NCBI GenBank assembly: GCA_965235115.1
Contig: OZ249436.1
Span: forward strand, 46,750,001 to 46,814,000
DNA length: 64,000 nt
Source of the DNA: Laetmonice hystrix
Lineage: Eukaryota
Direction: 5' to 3'
Notes under the pieces: generated by a model
What the model saw: only the letters and a program-made list of their open reading frames with translations
Databases searched by the model: none
What the model was told of the DNA's origin: nothing
Position numbers and translations under genes: made by a program
In this document: positions 1-12,395 of the stretch, piece after piece
Numbering within the stretch: the first letter of the stretch is position 1
How the letters are laid out: the number at the start of each line of letters is the position of its first letter

Positions 1-25
1 TCTAGGCCAGCCGTGGTGTCGGCCT

Positions 26-265
26 GTGAGGTTGGCTAACCAGGCGTGCTCTAACCTTGAGCCGGCGGTAGGTGTGAGGTTGGCTAACCGGGCGTGCTCT
101 AACCTTGAGCCGGCGGTAGGTGTGAGGTTGGCTAACCAGGCGTGCTCTAACCTTGAGCCGGCGGTAGGTGTGAGGTTGGCTAACCGGGCGTGCTCTAACC
201 TTGAGCCGGCGGTAGGTGTGAGGTGGGCTAACCGGGCGTGCTCTAACCTTGAGCCGGCGGTAGGC
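26..265. repeat. 48-bp minisatellite, ~5 copies
   Basis: Unit gtgaggttggctaaccrggcgtgctctaaccttgagccggcggtaggt repeated in tandem. Confidence 0.93.
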
Positions 266-477
266 ATGGGGAAGGGACGTAGTACAACTCAATGATTTTT
301 CGCAATCACACTCAATCCTACAGTGCTCCTCAATCAACATGAAGATACCATGGGATTGCTATTTTACTTTAACTACTTACAGAAGTTACCAAGAACTAGG
401 TTCTAAGAGGGGATTTAGGGGAGAGGACAGGACAGCCACCGGAACGGTCGGAGAGGTCGAAGGGGCGGCGACGGCAT

Positions 478-1848
478 CAGGATCAGGCGGTGGGTCAGCC
501 GGTGGGTCAGGCGGTAGGTCAGGCGGTGGGGTCAGGCGGTGGGGTCAGGCGGTGGGGTCCGGCGCTGGGTCAGGCGCTGGGGTCAGGCGCTGGGTCAGGC
601 GCTGGGGTCAGGCGGAGGGTCAGGCGGTGGGATCAGGCGGTGGGTCAGGCGGTGGGTCAGGCCGTGGAGACAGGCGGTGGGGTCAGGCTGTGGGTCATGC
701 GGTGGGTCAGGCGGTGGGTCAGGCGGTGGGGTCAAGCGGTGGGTCAGGCGGTGGGGTCAAGCGGTGGGTCAGGCGCTGGGGTCAGGCGCTGGGTCAGGCG
801 CTGGGGTCAGGCGGTGGGTGAGGCGGTGGGGTGAGGCGGTGGGTCAGGCGCTGGGGTGAGGCGGTGGGTCAGGCGGTGGGGTGAGGCGGTGGGTCAAGCG
901 GTGGGGTCAGGCGGTGGGTCAGGCGGTGGGGTCAGGCGGTGGGGTCAAGCCGTGGGTCAAGCCGTGGGGTCAGGCCGTGGGTCAGGCCGTGGGATCAGGC
1001 GGTGGGGTCAGGCCGTGGGATCAGGCGGTGGGGTCAGGCGGTGGGTCAGGCCGTGGGGTCAGGCGGTGGGTCAGGCGGTGGGGTCAGGCGGTGGGGTCAG
1101 GCAGTGGGTCAGGCAGTGGGGTCAGGCGGTGGGGTCAAGCGGTGGGTCAGGCGGTGGGATCAGGCGGTGGGGTCAGGCGGTGGGGTCAGGCGGTGGGGTC
1201 AGTCGGTGGGTCAGGCGGTGGGGTCAGGCGGTGGGGTCAAGCGGTGGGTCAGGCCGTGGGGTCAGGCCGTGGGTCAGGCCGTGGGATCAGGCGGTGGGGT
1301 CAGGCCGTGGGATCAGGCGGTGGGTCAGGCGGTGGGGTCAGGCGGTGGGTCAGGCCGTGGGGTCAGGCCGTGGGTCAGGCGGTGGGGTCAGGCGGTGGGG
1401 TCAGGCAGTGGGTCAGGCAGTGGGGTCAGGCGATGGGGTCAAGCGGTGGGTCAGGCGGTGGGATCAGGCGGTGGGGTCAGGCGGTGGGGTCAGGCGGTGG
1501 GGTCAGGCGGTGGGTCAAGCAGTGGGTCAGGCCGTGGGTCAGGCCGTGGGGTCAGGCGGTGGGGTCAAGCCGTGGGTCAGGCGGTGGGGTCAGGCGGTGG
1601 GGTCAGGCGGTGGGGTCAGGCGGTGGGTCAAGCAGTGGGTCAGGCCGTGGGTCAGGCGGTGGGGTCAGGCCGTGGGGTCAGGCGGTGGGGTCAGGCCGTG
1701 GGATCAGGCCGTGGGATCAGGCCGTGGGATCAGGCCGTGGGATCAGGCCGTGGGATCAGGCCGTGGGATCAGGCCGTGGGATCAGGCCGTCGGATCAGGC
1801 CGTCGGATCAGGCCGTCGGATCAGGCGGTGGGACAGGCGGCAGGCAGT
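478..1848. repeat. G-rich 13/14-bp minisatellite, ~100 copies
   Basis: Unit ggtcaggcggtgg(g), with variants ggatcaggccgtg and ggtcaagcgg. Confidence 0.95.
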
Positions 1849-2174
1849 AATCACTTCTTCCAGACCACCTATACCACACTACACACCAAATTTGCAGACA
1901 CGATGTTTTTGCAGCAACATCTGATGGTTCAAAACACCACGACTCACAATAATTAAAAAAAAATCCACTTCTGGACATGGATCCGAGAGATGGTCTCGGT
2001 CTATATTCTTGGTCTGGCTTCCACTGCCCGCCCACGCCCCTGAAAGATGTCCGTGTGCTCTCCACTCCTAGGATCCCACTCACAAACCTCCTATGGGCTG
2101 ATCCTGTAGCTGATTCCGGCAGACGCTCACTCCTCCACCCTGAACACCCACCCCCTCCTCCAACCCCCTGGGGG

Positions 2175-2850
2175 CAGTCTTCACTGTGTGTGACCGCCGA
2201 GTGGCTGCAGTCTTCACTGTGTGTGACCGCCGAGTGGCTGCAGTCTCCACTGTGTGTGACCGCCGAGCGACTGCAGTCTCCCCTGTGTGTGTGACCGCCG
2301 AGTGGCTGCAGACTCAGTTGTGTGTGACCGCCGAGTGGCTGCAGTCTCCCCTGTGTGTGACCACCGAGTGACTGCAGTCTCTCCTGTGTGTGACCGTCGA
2401 GTGGCTGCAGTCTCCCCTGTGTGTGACCGCCGAGTGGCTGCAGTCTTCACTGTGTGTGACCGCCGAGTGGCTGCAGTCTCCCCTGTGTGTGACCGCCGAG
2501 TGGCTGCAGTCTCCCCTGTGTGTGACCGCCGAGTGGCTGCAGTCTCCCCTGTGTGTGACCGCCGAGTGGCTGCAGTCTCCCCTGTGTGTGACCGCCGAGT
2601 GGCTGCAGTCTCCGCTGTGTGTGACCGCGAGTGGCTGCAGTCTCCCCTGTGTGTGACCGCCGAGTGGCTGCAGTCTTCACTGTGTGTGACCGCCGAGTGG
2701 CTGCAGTCTCTCCTGTGTGTGACCGCCGAGTGGCTGCAGTCTCCCCTGTGTGTGACCGCCGAGTGGCTGCAGTCTCCGCTGTGTGTGACCGCCGAGTGGC
2801 TGCAGTCTCCCCTGTGTGTGACCGCCTTGTGGATGCAGTCTTCCACTGTG
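2175..2850. repeat. 33-bp minisatellite, ~20 copies
   Basis: Unit gcagtctcccctgtgtgtgaccgccgagtggct. Confidence 0.95.
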
Positions 2851-3339
2851 TTCCGTATATAGAAAGTCATTCAATCTACTTGCGATGAACGGTGTTGGTC
2901 GAGTGGTGTTCAACAACACCCTCAACTCGAGTACGTCTGTCTGTGTTGGTTTTACCCTTTGTCATACCCCGGGGGGAATCATACAACAGGATCCACTTCC
3001 CTTCAAAACACCCTCGCACAAAATCGATCAGGGTCTCCACCTTTTTTTTACAGCTAACAAGGTGCTTCTCCATAGCCGCCAATGGTGGACAATGGCCGTG
3101 AGCGCAAGGGGGTGGGGGCACATTATGTTTGAGATTGTCCATGGCACACCAGTGTGAGGTGTCAAGCTTTGGGAACTTTTTCTCTAAGACATATTCTCTA
3201 CGTGGAACAAATCCTGAACGATTATAAGAAACCTTTTTTGGAGGAGGAGGGGGGGGGATCAAGTTAGATAAAGCCAGAAAACTTTCAGAAAGGGGGTAAC
3301 ACACGGAGCGTGTCGGCCGGAATCCCTGGTACAAGACGA

Positions 3340-6327
3340 CCCACTGCAGACTGACACCTCTCTGGGTGGACAGGACCACCCACTAGCAGACTGACACCTG
3401 TCTGGGTGGACAAGCCCGCCCACTAGCAGACTGACATCTGTCTGGATGGACAAGCCCGCCCACTGCAGACTGACACCTGTCTGGATGGGCAAGCCCGCCC
3501 ACTGCAGACTGACACCTGTCTGGATGGACAAGCCCGCCCACTAGCAGACTGACACCTGTCTGGATGGACAAGCCCGCCCACTAGCAGGCTGACACCTGTC
3601 TGGGTGGACAAGGCCGCCCACTAGCAGACTGACACCTGTCTGGGTGGAAAGACCTCCCACTAGCAGACTGACACCTGTCTGGGTGGAAAGACCTCCCACT
3701 AGCAGACTGACACGTGTCTGGATGGACAAGCCCGCCCACTAGCAGACTGACACCTGCCTGGATGGACAAGCCCGCCCACTAGCAGACTGACACCTGTCTG
3801 GGTGGAAAGACCTCCCACTAGCAGACTGACACCTGTCTGGGTGGACAGGACCACCCACTAGCAGACTGACACCTGTCTGGGTGGACAAGCCCGCCCACTA
3901 GCAGACTGACACCTGTCTGGATGGACAGGACCACCCACTGCAGACTGACACCTGTCTGGGTGGACAAGCCCGCCCACTAGCAGACTGACACCTGTCTGGA
4001 TGGACAGGACCACCCACTGCAGACTGACACCTGTCTGGGTGGACAAGCCCGCCCACTAGCAGACTGACACCTGTCTGGGTGGACAAGACCACCCACTAGC
4101 AGACTGACACCTGTCTCGATGGACAAGCCCGCTCACTAGCAGACTGACACCTGTCTGGGTGGACAGGACCACCCACTAGCAGACTGACACCTGCCTGGGT
4201 GGACAAGCCCGCCCACTAGCAGACTGACACCTGTCTGGGTGGACAGGACCACCCACAAGCAGACTGACACCTGTCTGGGTGGACAGGACCACCCACTAGC
4301 AGACTGACACCTGCCTGGGTGGACAAGCCCGCCCACTAGCAGACTGACACCTGTCTGGGTGGACATGACCGCCCACTAGCAGACTGACACCTGTCTGGGT
4401 GGACAGGACCACTCACTAGCAGACTGACACCTGTCTGGATGGACAAGACCACCCACTAGCAGACTGACACCTGTCTGGGTGGACAGGACCACCCACTAGC
4501 AGACTGACACCTGTCTGGATGGACAGGACCACCCACTAGCAGACTGACACCTGTCTGGGTGGACAGGACCACCCACTAGCAGACTGACACCTGTCTGGAT
4601 GGACAGGACCACCCACTAGCAGACTGACACCTGTCTGGATGGACAGGACCACCCACTAGCAGACTGACACCTGTCTGGATGGACATGACCGCCCACTAGC
4701 AGACTGACACCTGTCTGGGTGGACATGACCACCCACTAGCAGACTGACACCTTTCTGGGTGGACAAGACCGCCCACTAGCAGACTGACACCTGTCTGGAT
4801 AAGCCCGCGCACTGCAGACTGACACCTGTCTGGATGGACAGGACCACCCACTAGCAGACTGACACCTGTCTGGATGGACAGGACCACCCACTAGCAGACT
4901 GACACCTGTCTGGATGGACAGGACCACCCACTAGCAGACTGACACCTGTCTGGATGGACAGGACCACCCACTAGCAGACTGACACCTGTCTGGGTGGACA
5001 GGACCACCCACTAGCAGACTGACACCTGTCTGGATGGACAGGACCACCCACTAGCAGACTGACACCTGTCTGGATGGACAGGACCACCCACTAGCAGACT
5101 GACACCTGTCTGGATGGACATGACCGCCCACTAGCAGACTGACACCTGTCTGGGTGGACATGACCACCCACTAGCAGACTGACACCTTTCTGGGTGGACA
5201 AGACCGCCCACTAGCAGACTGACACCTGTCTGGATAAGCCCGCCCACTGCAGACTGACACCTGTCTGGATGGACAGGACCACCCACTAGCAGACTGACAC
5301 CTGTCTGGATGGACATGACCGCCCACTAGCAGACTGACACCTGTCTGGGTGGACATGACCGCCCACTAGCAGACTGACACCTGTCTGGGTGGACAAGCCC
5401 GCCCACTAGCAGACTGACACCTGTCTGGGTGGACAGGACCACCCACTAGCAGACTGACACCTGTCTGGATGGACAAGCCCGCCCACTAGCAGACTGACAC
5501 CTGTCTGGGTGGACAGGACCACCCACTAGCAGACTGACACCTGTCTGGATGGACAAGCCCGCCCACTAGCAGACTGACACCTGTCTGGATGGACAAGCCC
5601 GCCCACTAGCAGACTGACACCTGTCTGGATGGACAAGCCCGCACACTAGCAGACTGACACCTGTCTGGATGGACAAGCCCGCACACTAGCAGACTGACAC
5701 CTGTCTGGATGGGCAAGCCCGCCCACTAGCAGACTGACACCTGCCTGGGTGGACAAGCCCGCCCACTAGCAGACTGATACCTGTCTGGATGGACAAGCCC
5801 GCCCACTAGCAGACTGACACCTGTCTGGATGGACAAGCCCGCCCACTAGCAGACTGACACCTGTCTGGATGGACAAGACCGCCCACTAGCAGACTGACAC
5901 CTGTCTGGATGGACAAGACCCCCACTAGCAGACTGACACCTGCCTGGGTGGACAAGCCCGCCCACTAGCAGACTGACACCTGTCTGGATGGACAAGCCCG
6001 CCCACTAGCAGACTGACACCTGTCTGGATGGACAAGCCCGCCCACTAGCAGACTGACACCTGTCTGGATGGACAAGACCGCCCACTAGCAGACTGACACC
6101 TGTCTGGATGGACAAGCCCGCCCACTAGCAGACTGACACCTGTCTGGATGGACAAGCCCGCCCACTGCAGACTGACACCTGTCTGGATGGACAAGCCCGC
6201 CCACTAGCAGACTGACACCTGTCTGGATGGACAAGCCCGCCCACTGCAGACTGACACCTGTCTGGATGGACAAGCCCGCCCACTGCAGACTGACACCTGT
6301 CTGGATGGACAAGCCCGCCCACTGCAG
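3340..6327. repeat. 39/40-bp minisatellite, ~75 copies
   Basis: Unit cactagcagactgacacctgtctggrtggacaagcccgcc, with a ggaccacc variant. Internal inverted pair cagac...gtctg. Confidence 0.97.
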
Positions 6328-6576
6328 GCTGGTATCAACAGAATCAACCACAAACAGGTCAAGATGCGCGAGCGCGTTCATGTTTATAAGTCGACAAATC
6401 TTCCTTTTTTTGTTTAACGACGGCACTATAGTACCGGGAGAAAAAAATGCCAACTCTGCATTCAGCCGTCAGCAGATATTTGTATGAATGCCTGCAATAT
6501 ATAATTCAATTTACCTTGCTCAACCAACAGCAAGGAACACTGGTCCACACAATTCCCAAGATGGCGTTATCCAACC

Positions 6577-6734
6577 GGTATATCCCCCATGGTAACTTAA
6601 AACCCACGAAATCTGGCCTGAAGTAAATATCACATCCCAAAAACATATTCCTATCCTATCCTATCCCTATCCCTGACCTTAACCCGAACCCCTACCCAAA
6701 AATTTTGTCTGGAAGTTACCACGGGGGAATAACC
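6577..6734. mobile_element. 158-bp non-autonomous TIR element (MITE) with possible 8-bp TSD
   Basis: Left end ggtatatcccccatggtaactt and right end aagttaccacgggggaataacc are imperfect inverted repeats. atccaacc lies directly on both sides. The interior has cctatc/cctgaccttaaccc motifs. Confidence 0.65.
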
Positions 6735-6782
6735 ATCCAACCACCATCAGGCAGTTATCCAACCATCAGGCAGTTATCCAAC

Positions 6783-6950
6783 GGCCCCGGTTCCAAGAAA
6801 GTGGTTAAGTTAACTAAGTTGGTTAAAATCGTGGTTAACTCTGATTTTAACCGAGATTGGTTAATTCTCTGTTTCCTGATTGGTTAATCTCTGGTTCAAA
6901 TTCATCTTAACCAACTTAGTTAACTTAACCACTTTCTTGAAACCGGGGCC
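6783..6950. mobile_element. 168-bp palindromic MITE
   Basis: ~44-bp TIRs with one mismatch (ggccccggttccaagaaagtggttaagttaactaagttggttaa / ttaaccaacttagttaacttaaccactttcttgaaaccggggcc). No clear TSD. Confidence 0.8.
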
Positions 6951-7115
6951 AGGCAGTTAGGTATCCAACTACCAGGCAGTTATCCAACCATCAGGCAGTT
7001 AGTTATCCAACCATCAGGTAGCTAGTTATCCAACCCCCATTACGGCTCACCTGTTGCAGATGTATCGAAATAAATCAAGGAAAATATCAACTCGTATAGA
7101 AGTGAAAGTTGCAGG

Positions 7116-7225
7116 TTATACGTATATTCTACCATGTTATACGATATATTCTACCATGTTATACGATATATTCTACCATTTTATACGATATATTCTACCA
7201 TGTTATACGATATATTCTACCATGT
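7116..7225. repeat. 22-bp tandem repeat, ~5 copies
   Basis: Unit ttatacgatatattctaccatg. Confidence 0.9.
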
Positions 7226-8041
7226 ACTTTTGATTTTTGTCAACAACGGCCAACCATAGTCAACTCGGTCGATGTGATTGGGTCGTTTAGCCTATGATAG
7301 ATGGTTAAAACGAATCGTTCGACACGCCATAAATCAGTCTAAACCTTAGAATATTGACAGGCAAGTGTTTAGAGAGCTCTACACTCGCCAAAAGATCTCG
7401 AGTGGACCACATGGTCGGTTTGTGGCAGGTTTTCGTTTTAATAGGGAGCCATCGCGCTGCCGCTCCATCGCGCTCGTAAAATGTGATCGCCGTGTGCGAT
7501 TGATCGCGCCCTCCACAGAACCTGCGTTTGCTGTCGAGTTATGGCCCAGGCTGGCCCAAAGCCTGGGCCCAGGCTGGCCCAGGCTGGCCCTGGCTGGCTC
7601 CCTGCCTCACTCCACGCGGTGAAAAGAGTGAAGCAGGGACCCAGCCCGTCAAAAACCGGTAGGCAGGGAGCCAGCTACAGGTCCTTGATGTCAGGTACCC
7701 TATCAATGACTGTGTCAATCAATAGTCACACTACAACAACACAAAATCACCCCCGAAGACATTTCTTTGGGGAGCTAATTTTGGGGTGTGAAAAGCTCCC
7801 GATAGCAATATGTCGAGAGTTATTTATAGCTCTGGGGGTTTGTCAAAGCGAAAAGCCTGTCGTTGGTCGGTTTCCTCTAAACGATGTCGTACGACTTCCC
7901 TCTAAATTCTAATTACACCGATTTATATGCGCCGGGCGGTGGCGGTCGCTGGCAGACAGGACCCTCGGCGTACGGCCAGAATGGCACCAAATCCTGGTCC
8001 CTCATGCCCGTGGTAATAACCCCACGGAATGTGGGTCATGC

Positions 8042-8710
8042 ATGTGATCCACTAATTTCCGCACTCTTAAGATGTTTTCTGTGGCGGATTTGAATCCTAA
8101 GACCTCCAAGGCAGCGTAGGGCCAACTAAGGGCTCTTAAGACCACGTAAGCTGTCATAAGGTATCTTAAGACATCTTACACCATCTTAGGTTCGCTCAAG
8201 AAAAACGGAAGGTAGGCCCTGTAATCATTAGGAGCTCTTAGGAGAGTCAGAAGTAACCAAAATGGAGGCTGAGGAAGGTGCGCTACTTCTTGTTGCGGCT
8301 GGAATCTTGACTGGGGCAGAGGGACAGGAGTTGGAACAAGAAGAAAATGATAAAACAAAAAACAAAACAAAAAACAAAAAGAAAACGGGGGCACAGTTGC
8401 TGGATGAGGGAATGGTTAAGTCGTCGGGAATTGGGAGGGGGGGGGGGCAAAACAACACCTCTTTTGACCTTACGAGAGGCCACGCCTTTTCCGCGCGCTT
8501 CCGATAATACATGTATCTAACATGTTGGATCTTCGCGTAAGGGGGTCCTGCGGATGTTCCGAAGACATCGTAAGGTGCGCGTTACGTTCGTAGGTCCTCT
8601 TAATGTATAATCCACTTACGTGCCTTTATGGGGCCCCAATTTTGATATTTTGTCCCTCCTGACAGCTCCTAAGAGCGCGCAAGGGGTATATTTTCGTTAG
8701 TGGATCACAT
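8042..8710. mobile_element. ~670-bp TIR element nested in an older inverted-repeat element
   Basis: Perfect 14-bp TIR atgtgatccactaa / ttagtggatcacat. Interior rich in cttaag/cttacg/cgtaag subrepeats. Confidence 0.6.
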
Positions 8711-9279
8711 CAGGAGTAAGTAGCAGGGGTGGTGGCCGGGGAGTAGGGGTTAGGATTAAGTTTGGGGTAAGGAAGAGTGATAAATTATAGTTATTATTAA
8801 AACATTTGGAGACGTTACCATGGGGGATTATCTGTCAGCCAGGACGGCTGGACTCCGGGCCGGTCAGAACGACATGTATCACCCACCAACCAACCACCTC
8901 CCCATCCTGGACAAATGTCAATATCACACGTCTGTAGCACACAGTAATACCACACAGTAATACCACAGGAGACAGCCAGTCTTAATACAGGAATCCCCCT
9001 CTCCCTCCCCACCCCTCTCTCCCCACCCACCCCTCTCTCCCCACCCACCGTCTCCACTCCCCACCAATGATCCACTCGTACAGTGGTATATCTCTCACAC
9101 TTGGCTGCAGTACCTGATATATTTCTGAAACCATAAATGTGCCACGTTCCTTCTCTAGTTTTTGTCCAGCAGTGGAGACCTGTCATATTTCACATTAATT
9201 TCGATCCTTCATACATGTTGCTAACTGATTAAACACAGAGAGATTGAATAAAAGGAGCGAGACTATTTTGTGTACTTAC

Positions 9280-9341
9280 CTTGCTGGATGATTGTTTCAC
9301 CGGCGTGTCTGTGAACTGGGAACATGGCATCAAAGATGTCA
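9280..9341 (-). CDS. PRKAR1: PKA type I regulatory subunit exon (62 nt, phase 2-1); absent from the ORF track
   Basis: Acceptor tgttttcag|T and donor CAAG|gtaagt. AG+T completes Ser, then [20 protein letters not shown]+G, giving the canonical ...[13 protein letters not shown]...GETIIQQG(DEGDNFY). Confidence 0.96.
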
Positions 9342-9345
9342 CTGA

Positions 9346-9517
9346 AAACAACAAAATGTACAGAACATTATGACGACAGCCTTTGGTTTAAATAACAATC
9401 AAATAACAAAATGTACAGAACATTATGAAGACAGTGTTTGCTTTAAATAACAATCAAACAACAAAATATACACAACATTATGACGACAGGCTTTGGTTTA
9501 ATTAACATTCAAATAAC
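9346..9517. repeat. 55-bp tandem triplication abutting the exon acceptor
   Basis: acaaaatrtacasaacattatga recurs at 9351, 9406 and 9461. Confidence 0.85.
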
Positions 9518-11714
9518 ATATACTAATGTTGTTTAATCACACTTCTGCCAACAAAGTCATATTGACTGTAGAGAACCGAGCCAACATTGTTGTCATGGAA
9601 GAAATACTAGCTTCTACCTGACCACGCTATGCGGAACGCCCAAAAGCAGATGCGATAAATATACACTCTAAAAATCGTTGGGTTATTTTTTGTAACCCAT
9701 CCGTTGTGTTACAGCTGTTTGGGTTGAAAATATGGGTGAAAAACCGTGGAATAACCTAACAAGTTGGGTTGATTTCTAGGCATCGATGTGACTTTCATCA
9801 CTGGCATCATAAATAAAAGGGCGTTCCCGGATGATGACTGTATATCAGAAGGTGGCTATTATCAGAGTACACATATGTGCACATCGTACCGAGCAGCGTG
9901 GTTTGATCAAACTCTTTTGTTGTACCGTAGCGGTCTTTATCCCGCCCGGTATAGATCGTTACATGGAGCACGATCAGCCATACTGCATTCGGCGTTCTCC
10001 GTTTCGCATATACCGTGTGCATATAAACGGATAAGGGAATCCCTCTTAGAGCGATCAGACGCCGACGCCTATACCATTCCGCTGTCCCCGTTCTCTATAC
10101 CGTATTCAGGTAAAAGCAGCTTTCTACGTGATTATGAGCCATTCTGGAGCACATTACTGCAACATGCAGGTCTGAGGACTCTTGGTACAAGGACTCTTGG
10201 TACAAGGACTCTCGGAACGAGGACTCTCGGCACGAGCGTTACCCAGTGAAGATGCCATATGATGATGTCATGTCCCAAACATAGCGTGATCATAAGAACA
10301 CCAAACGTTTCTTACTCGAGTTAACTTACATTGCTATCCGAAATGTTCCGCCTCATTTTAGGACACCGTTCAATATCGCCTGCCGTGTATTCTATAGTCA
10401 CTACATTTTTATTATTCACGACGTTTCCAAGTCGCGTCGGAAGCTGGCTACGTCCAGAATGTCATCTTCTTTCTATCACGGCTCGTCCTAAGCCTGTCTG
10501 GAAATGTGCTTATCATTTATCCAAACCTTCTCAAAGGTACACAGATTTATAGGAGACTGCTACCGGCGGACTCCCAGAGTATGTGAGACAGGTCTGAGGC
10601 CCAGCCAGCCGGTTGGATCCGAGTCCGCCCATCGATAACATATTGGTTTTTAAACAGGAGACCATGAAGGCGCTGACTGGGAGAGTACGGCTAGCAGTGA
10701 CAGGGCTATGTGATTGAAAATTGACGGTAGGTTATCAAATAATGATCATGTCGACATGAGGATAGAAATAGATGGTCTATTTGATCGCATTCAGTCGTGC
10801 TGTATGAGTGATTGGGTCGAGCGCGGAGAGCGGGAGGTAGACGAGTCATACCTGGGATTTACCGTACACAACCCTTTCAATCCCCCCCGGCCAGAATATA
10901 ATAACGGTGTCAGTGGCTGTGGTAGTGGTGATTTATTATAACGTTACACTGCATGGACGGCCACTGCCCAGTGAACACGGGCCTCTCTCTACTGTACACC
11001 AACTGTACGCCGCCGCTCACATGGAGACGATTTTGTACTTTCAAGAGTGTTTACAAGATTATCCTGGGTCAGTACGGAATGGAGGGGTGGGGTGATCTTC
11101 TAAAATATACCCTACGTGTCTCCGCAGCGTCTGTGTGACCCCAGCAGGCCGAGCCAGAACTCTGTGTTGATTGTTACCCCGCTTACATCAAGGATTCCTG
11201 GCACCACCCCCACCTCAATGTTCATGGACCGACCTGTTTCACACCAAATCGGCCGTGGTCAAGGCTGGCGTTCCTAATCTTCCTACCAGACGGCGCTGGC
11301 TGCCCTGGGCAATCTCCAGCCATTAAAACACTTCTTTACAAGGTTGCACACAAAACGACGTTTGTGTTACATGACTGGCATAGAACGGTTTGGATAACGG
11401 TCTGACCATCCTCGCCTCGCACCACTCGCCTGGGACCAAGCAAAATCTCTAAATCGACGCTGAATGAATAAAAACTACCCCTCCTCCTAGATCTAGTGCA
11501 GTAGTGGAGGCCATTTGGACCCCCCTCCCCCACTCTTACCCCCCCCCTCCCGGTGAATTCGCAGTAAGCCTGGCGCCAATGACAGATACCTGAAATATAC
11601 ATGACGCCTCGCATGACGACCTGTCCGTAGATAGCGTCAGCCCCCGGCTCCAGATCGGTTCATCCTCATGGTTATGTCTTCACGAAATTTGGTGGTAAAA
11701 AAAAACAAAATCGA

Positions 11715-12395
11715 TCACAATCTCTAACCCCTATTCCTGGTCCCCAATCTCTAACCCGTATTCCTGGTCCCCAATCTCTAACCCGTATTCCTGGTCCCCA
11801 ATCTCTGCCCCCTATTCCCGATCCCCAATCTCTAACCCCTATTCCTGGTCCCCAATCTCTAACCCGTATTCCTGGTCCCCAATCTCTAACCCGTCTTCCT
11901 GGTCCCCAATCTCTAACCCCTATTCCCGGTCCCCAATCTCTAACCCGTATTCCTGGTCCCCAATCTCTGCCCCCTATTCCCGATCCCCAATCTCTGCCCC
12001 CTATTCCCGGTCCCCAATCTCTAACCCGTATTCCTGGGCCCCAATCTCTGCCCCCTATTCCTGGTCCCCAATCTCTACCCCCTATTCCCGATCCCCAATC
12101 TCTGCCCCCTATTCCCGGCCCCCAATCTCTGCCCCCTATTCCCGGTCCCCAATCTCTAACCCGTATTCCTGGGCCCCAATCTCTGCCCCCTATTCCTGGT
12201 CCCCAATCTCTACCCCCTATTCCCGATCCCCAATCTCTGCCCCCTATTCCCGATCCCCAATCTCTGCCCCCTATTCCCGGTCCCCAATCTCTACCCCCTA
12301 TTCCCGATCCCCAATCTCTGCCCCCTATTCCCGGCCCCCAATCGCTAACCCGAATTCCCGGTCCCCAATCTCTAACCCGTATACCTAGTCCCCAA
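11715..12395. repeat. 27-bp C-rich minisatellite, ~25 copies
   Basis: Unit ccccaatctctaacccgtattcctggt / ccccaatctctgccccctattcccgat. Confidence 0.95.

Noticed and set aside
339..1956. Gly/Arg/Trp-rich ORFs up to 366 aa
   Set aside because: Open in all three frames across a 13/14-bp G-rich repeat; repeat artefact.
2214..2870. HTGE-containing ORF resembling C2H2 zinc-finger linkers
   Set aside because: No CxxC...HxxxH spacing; it is the reverse translation of the 33-bp minisatellite.
9662..9770. Isolated TE-like ends (acactctaaaaa here; caggggtgtagccagg at 13350; ttaaaggcaccc at 42376)
   Set aside because: No matching partner TIR or TSD found, so element boundaries cannot be defined.
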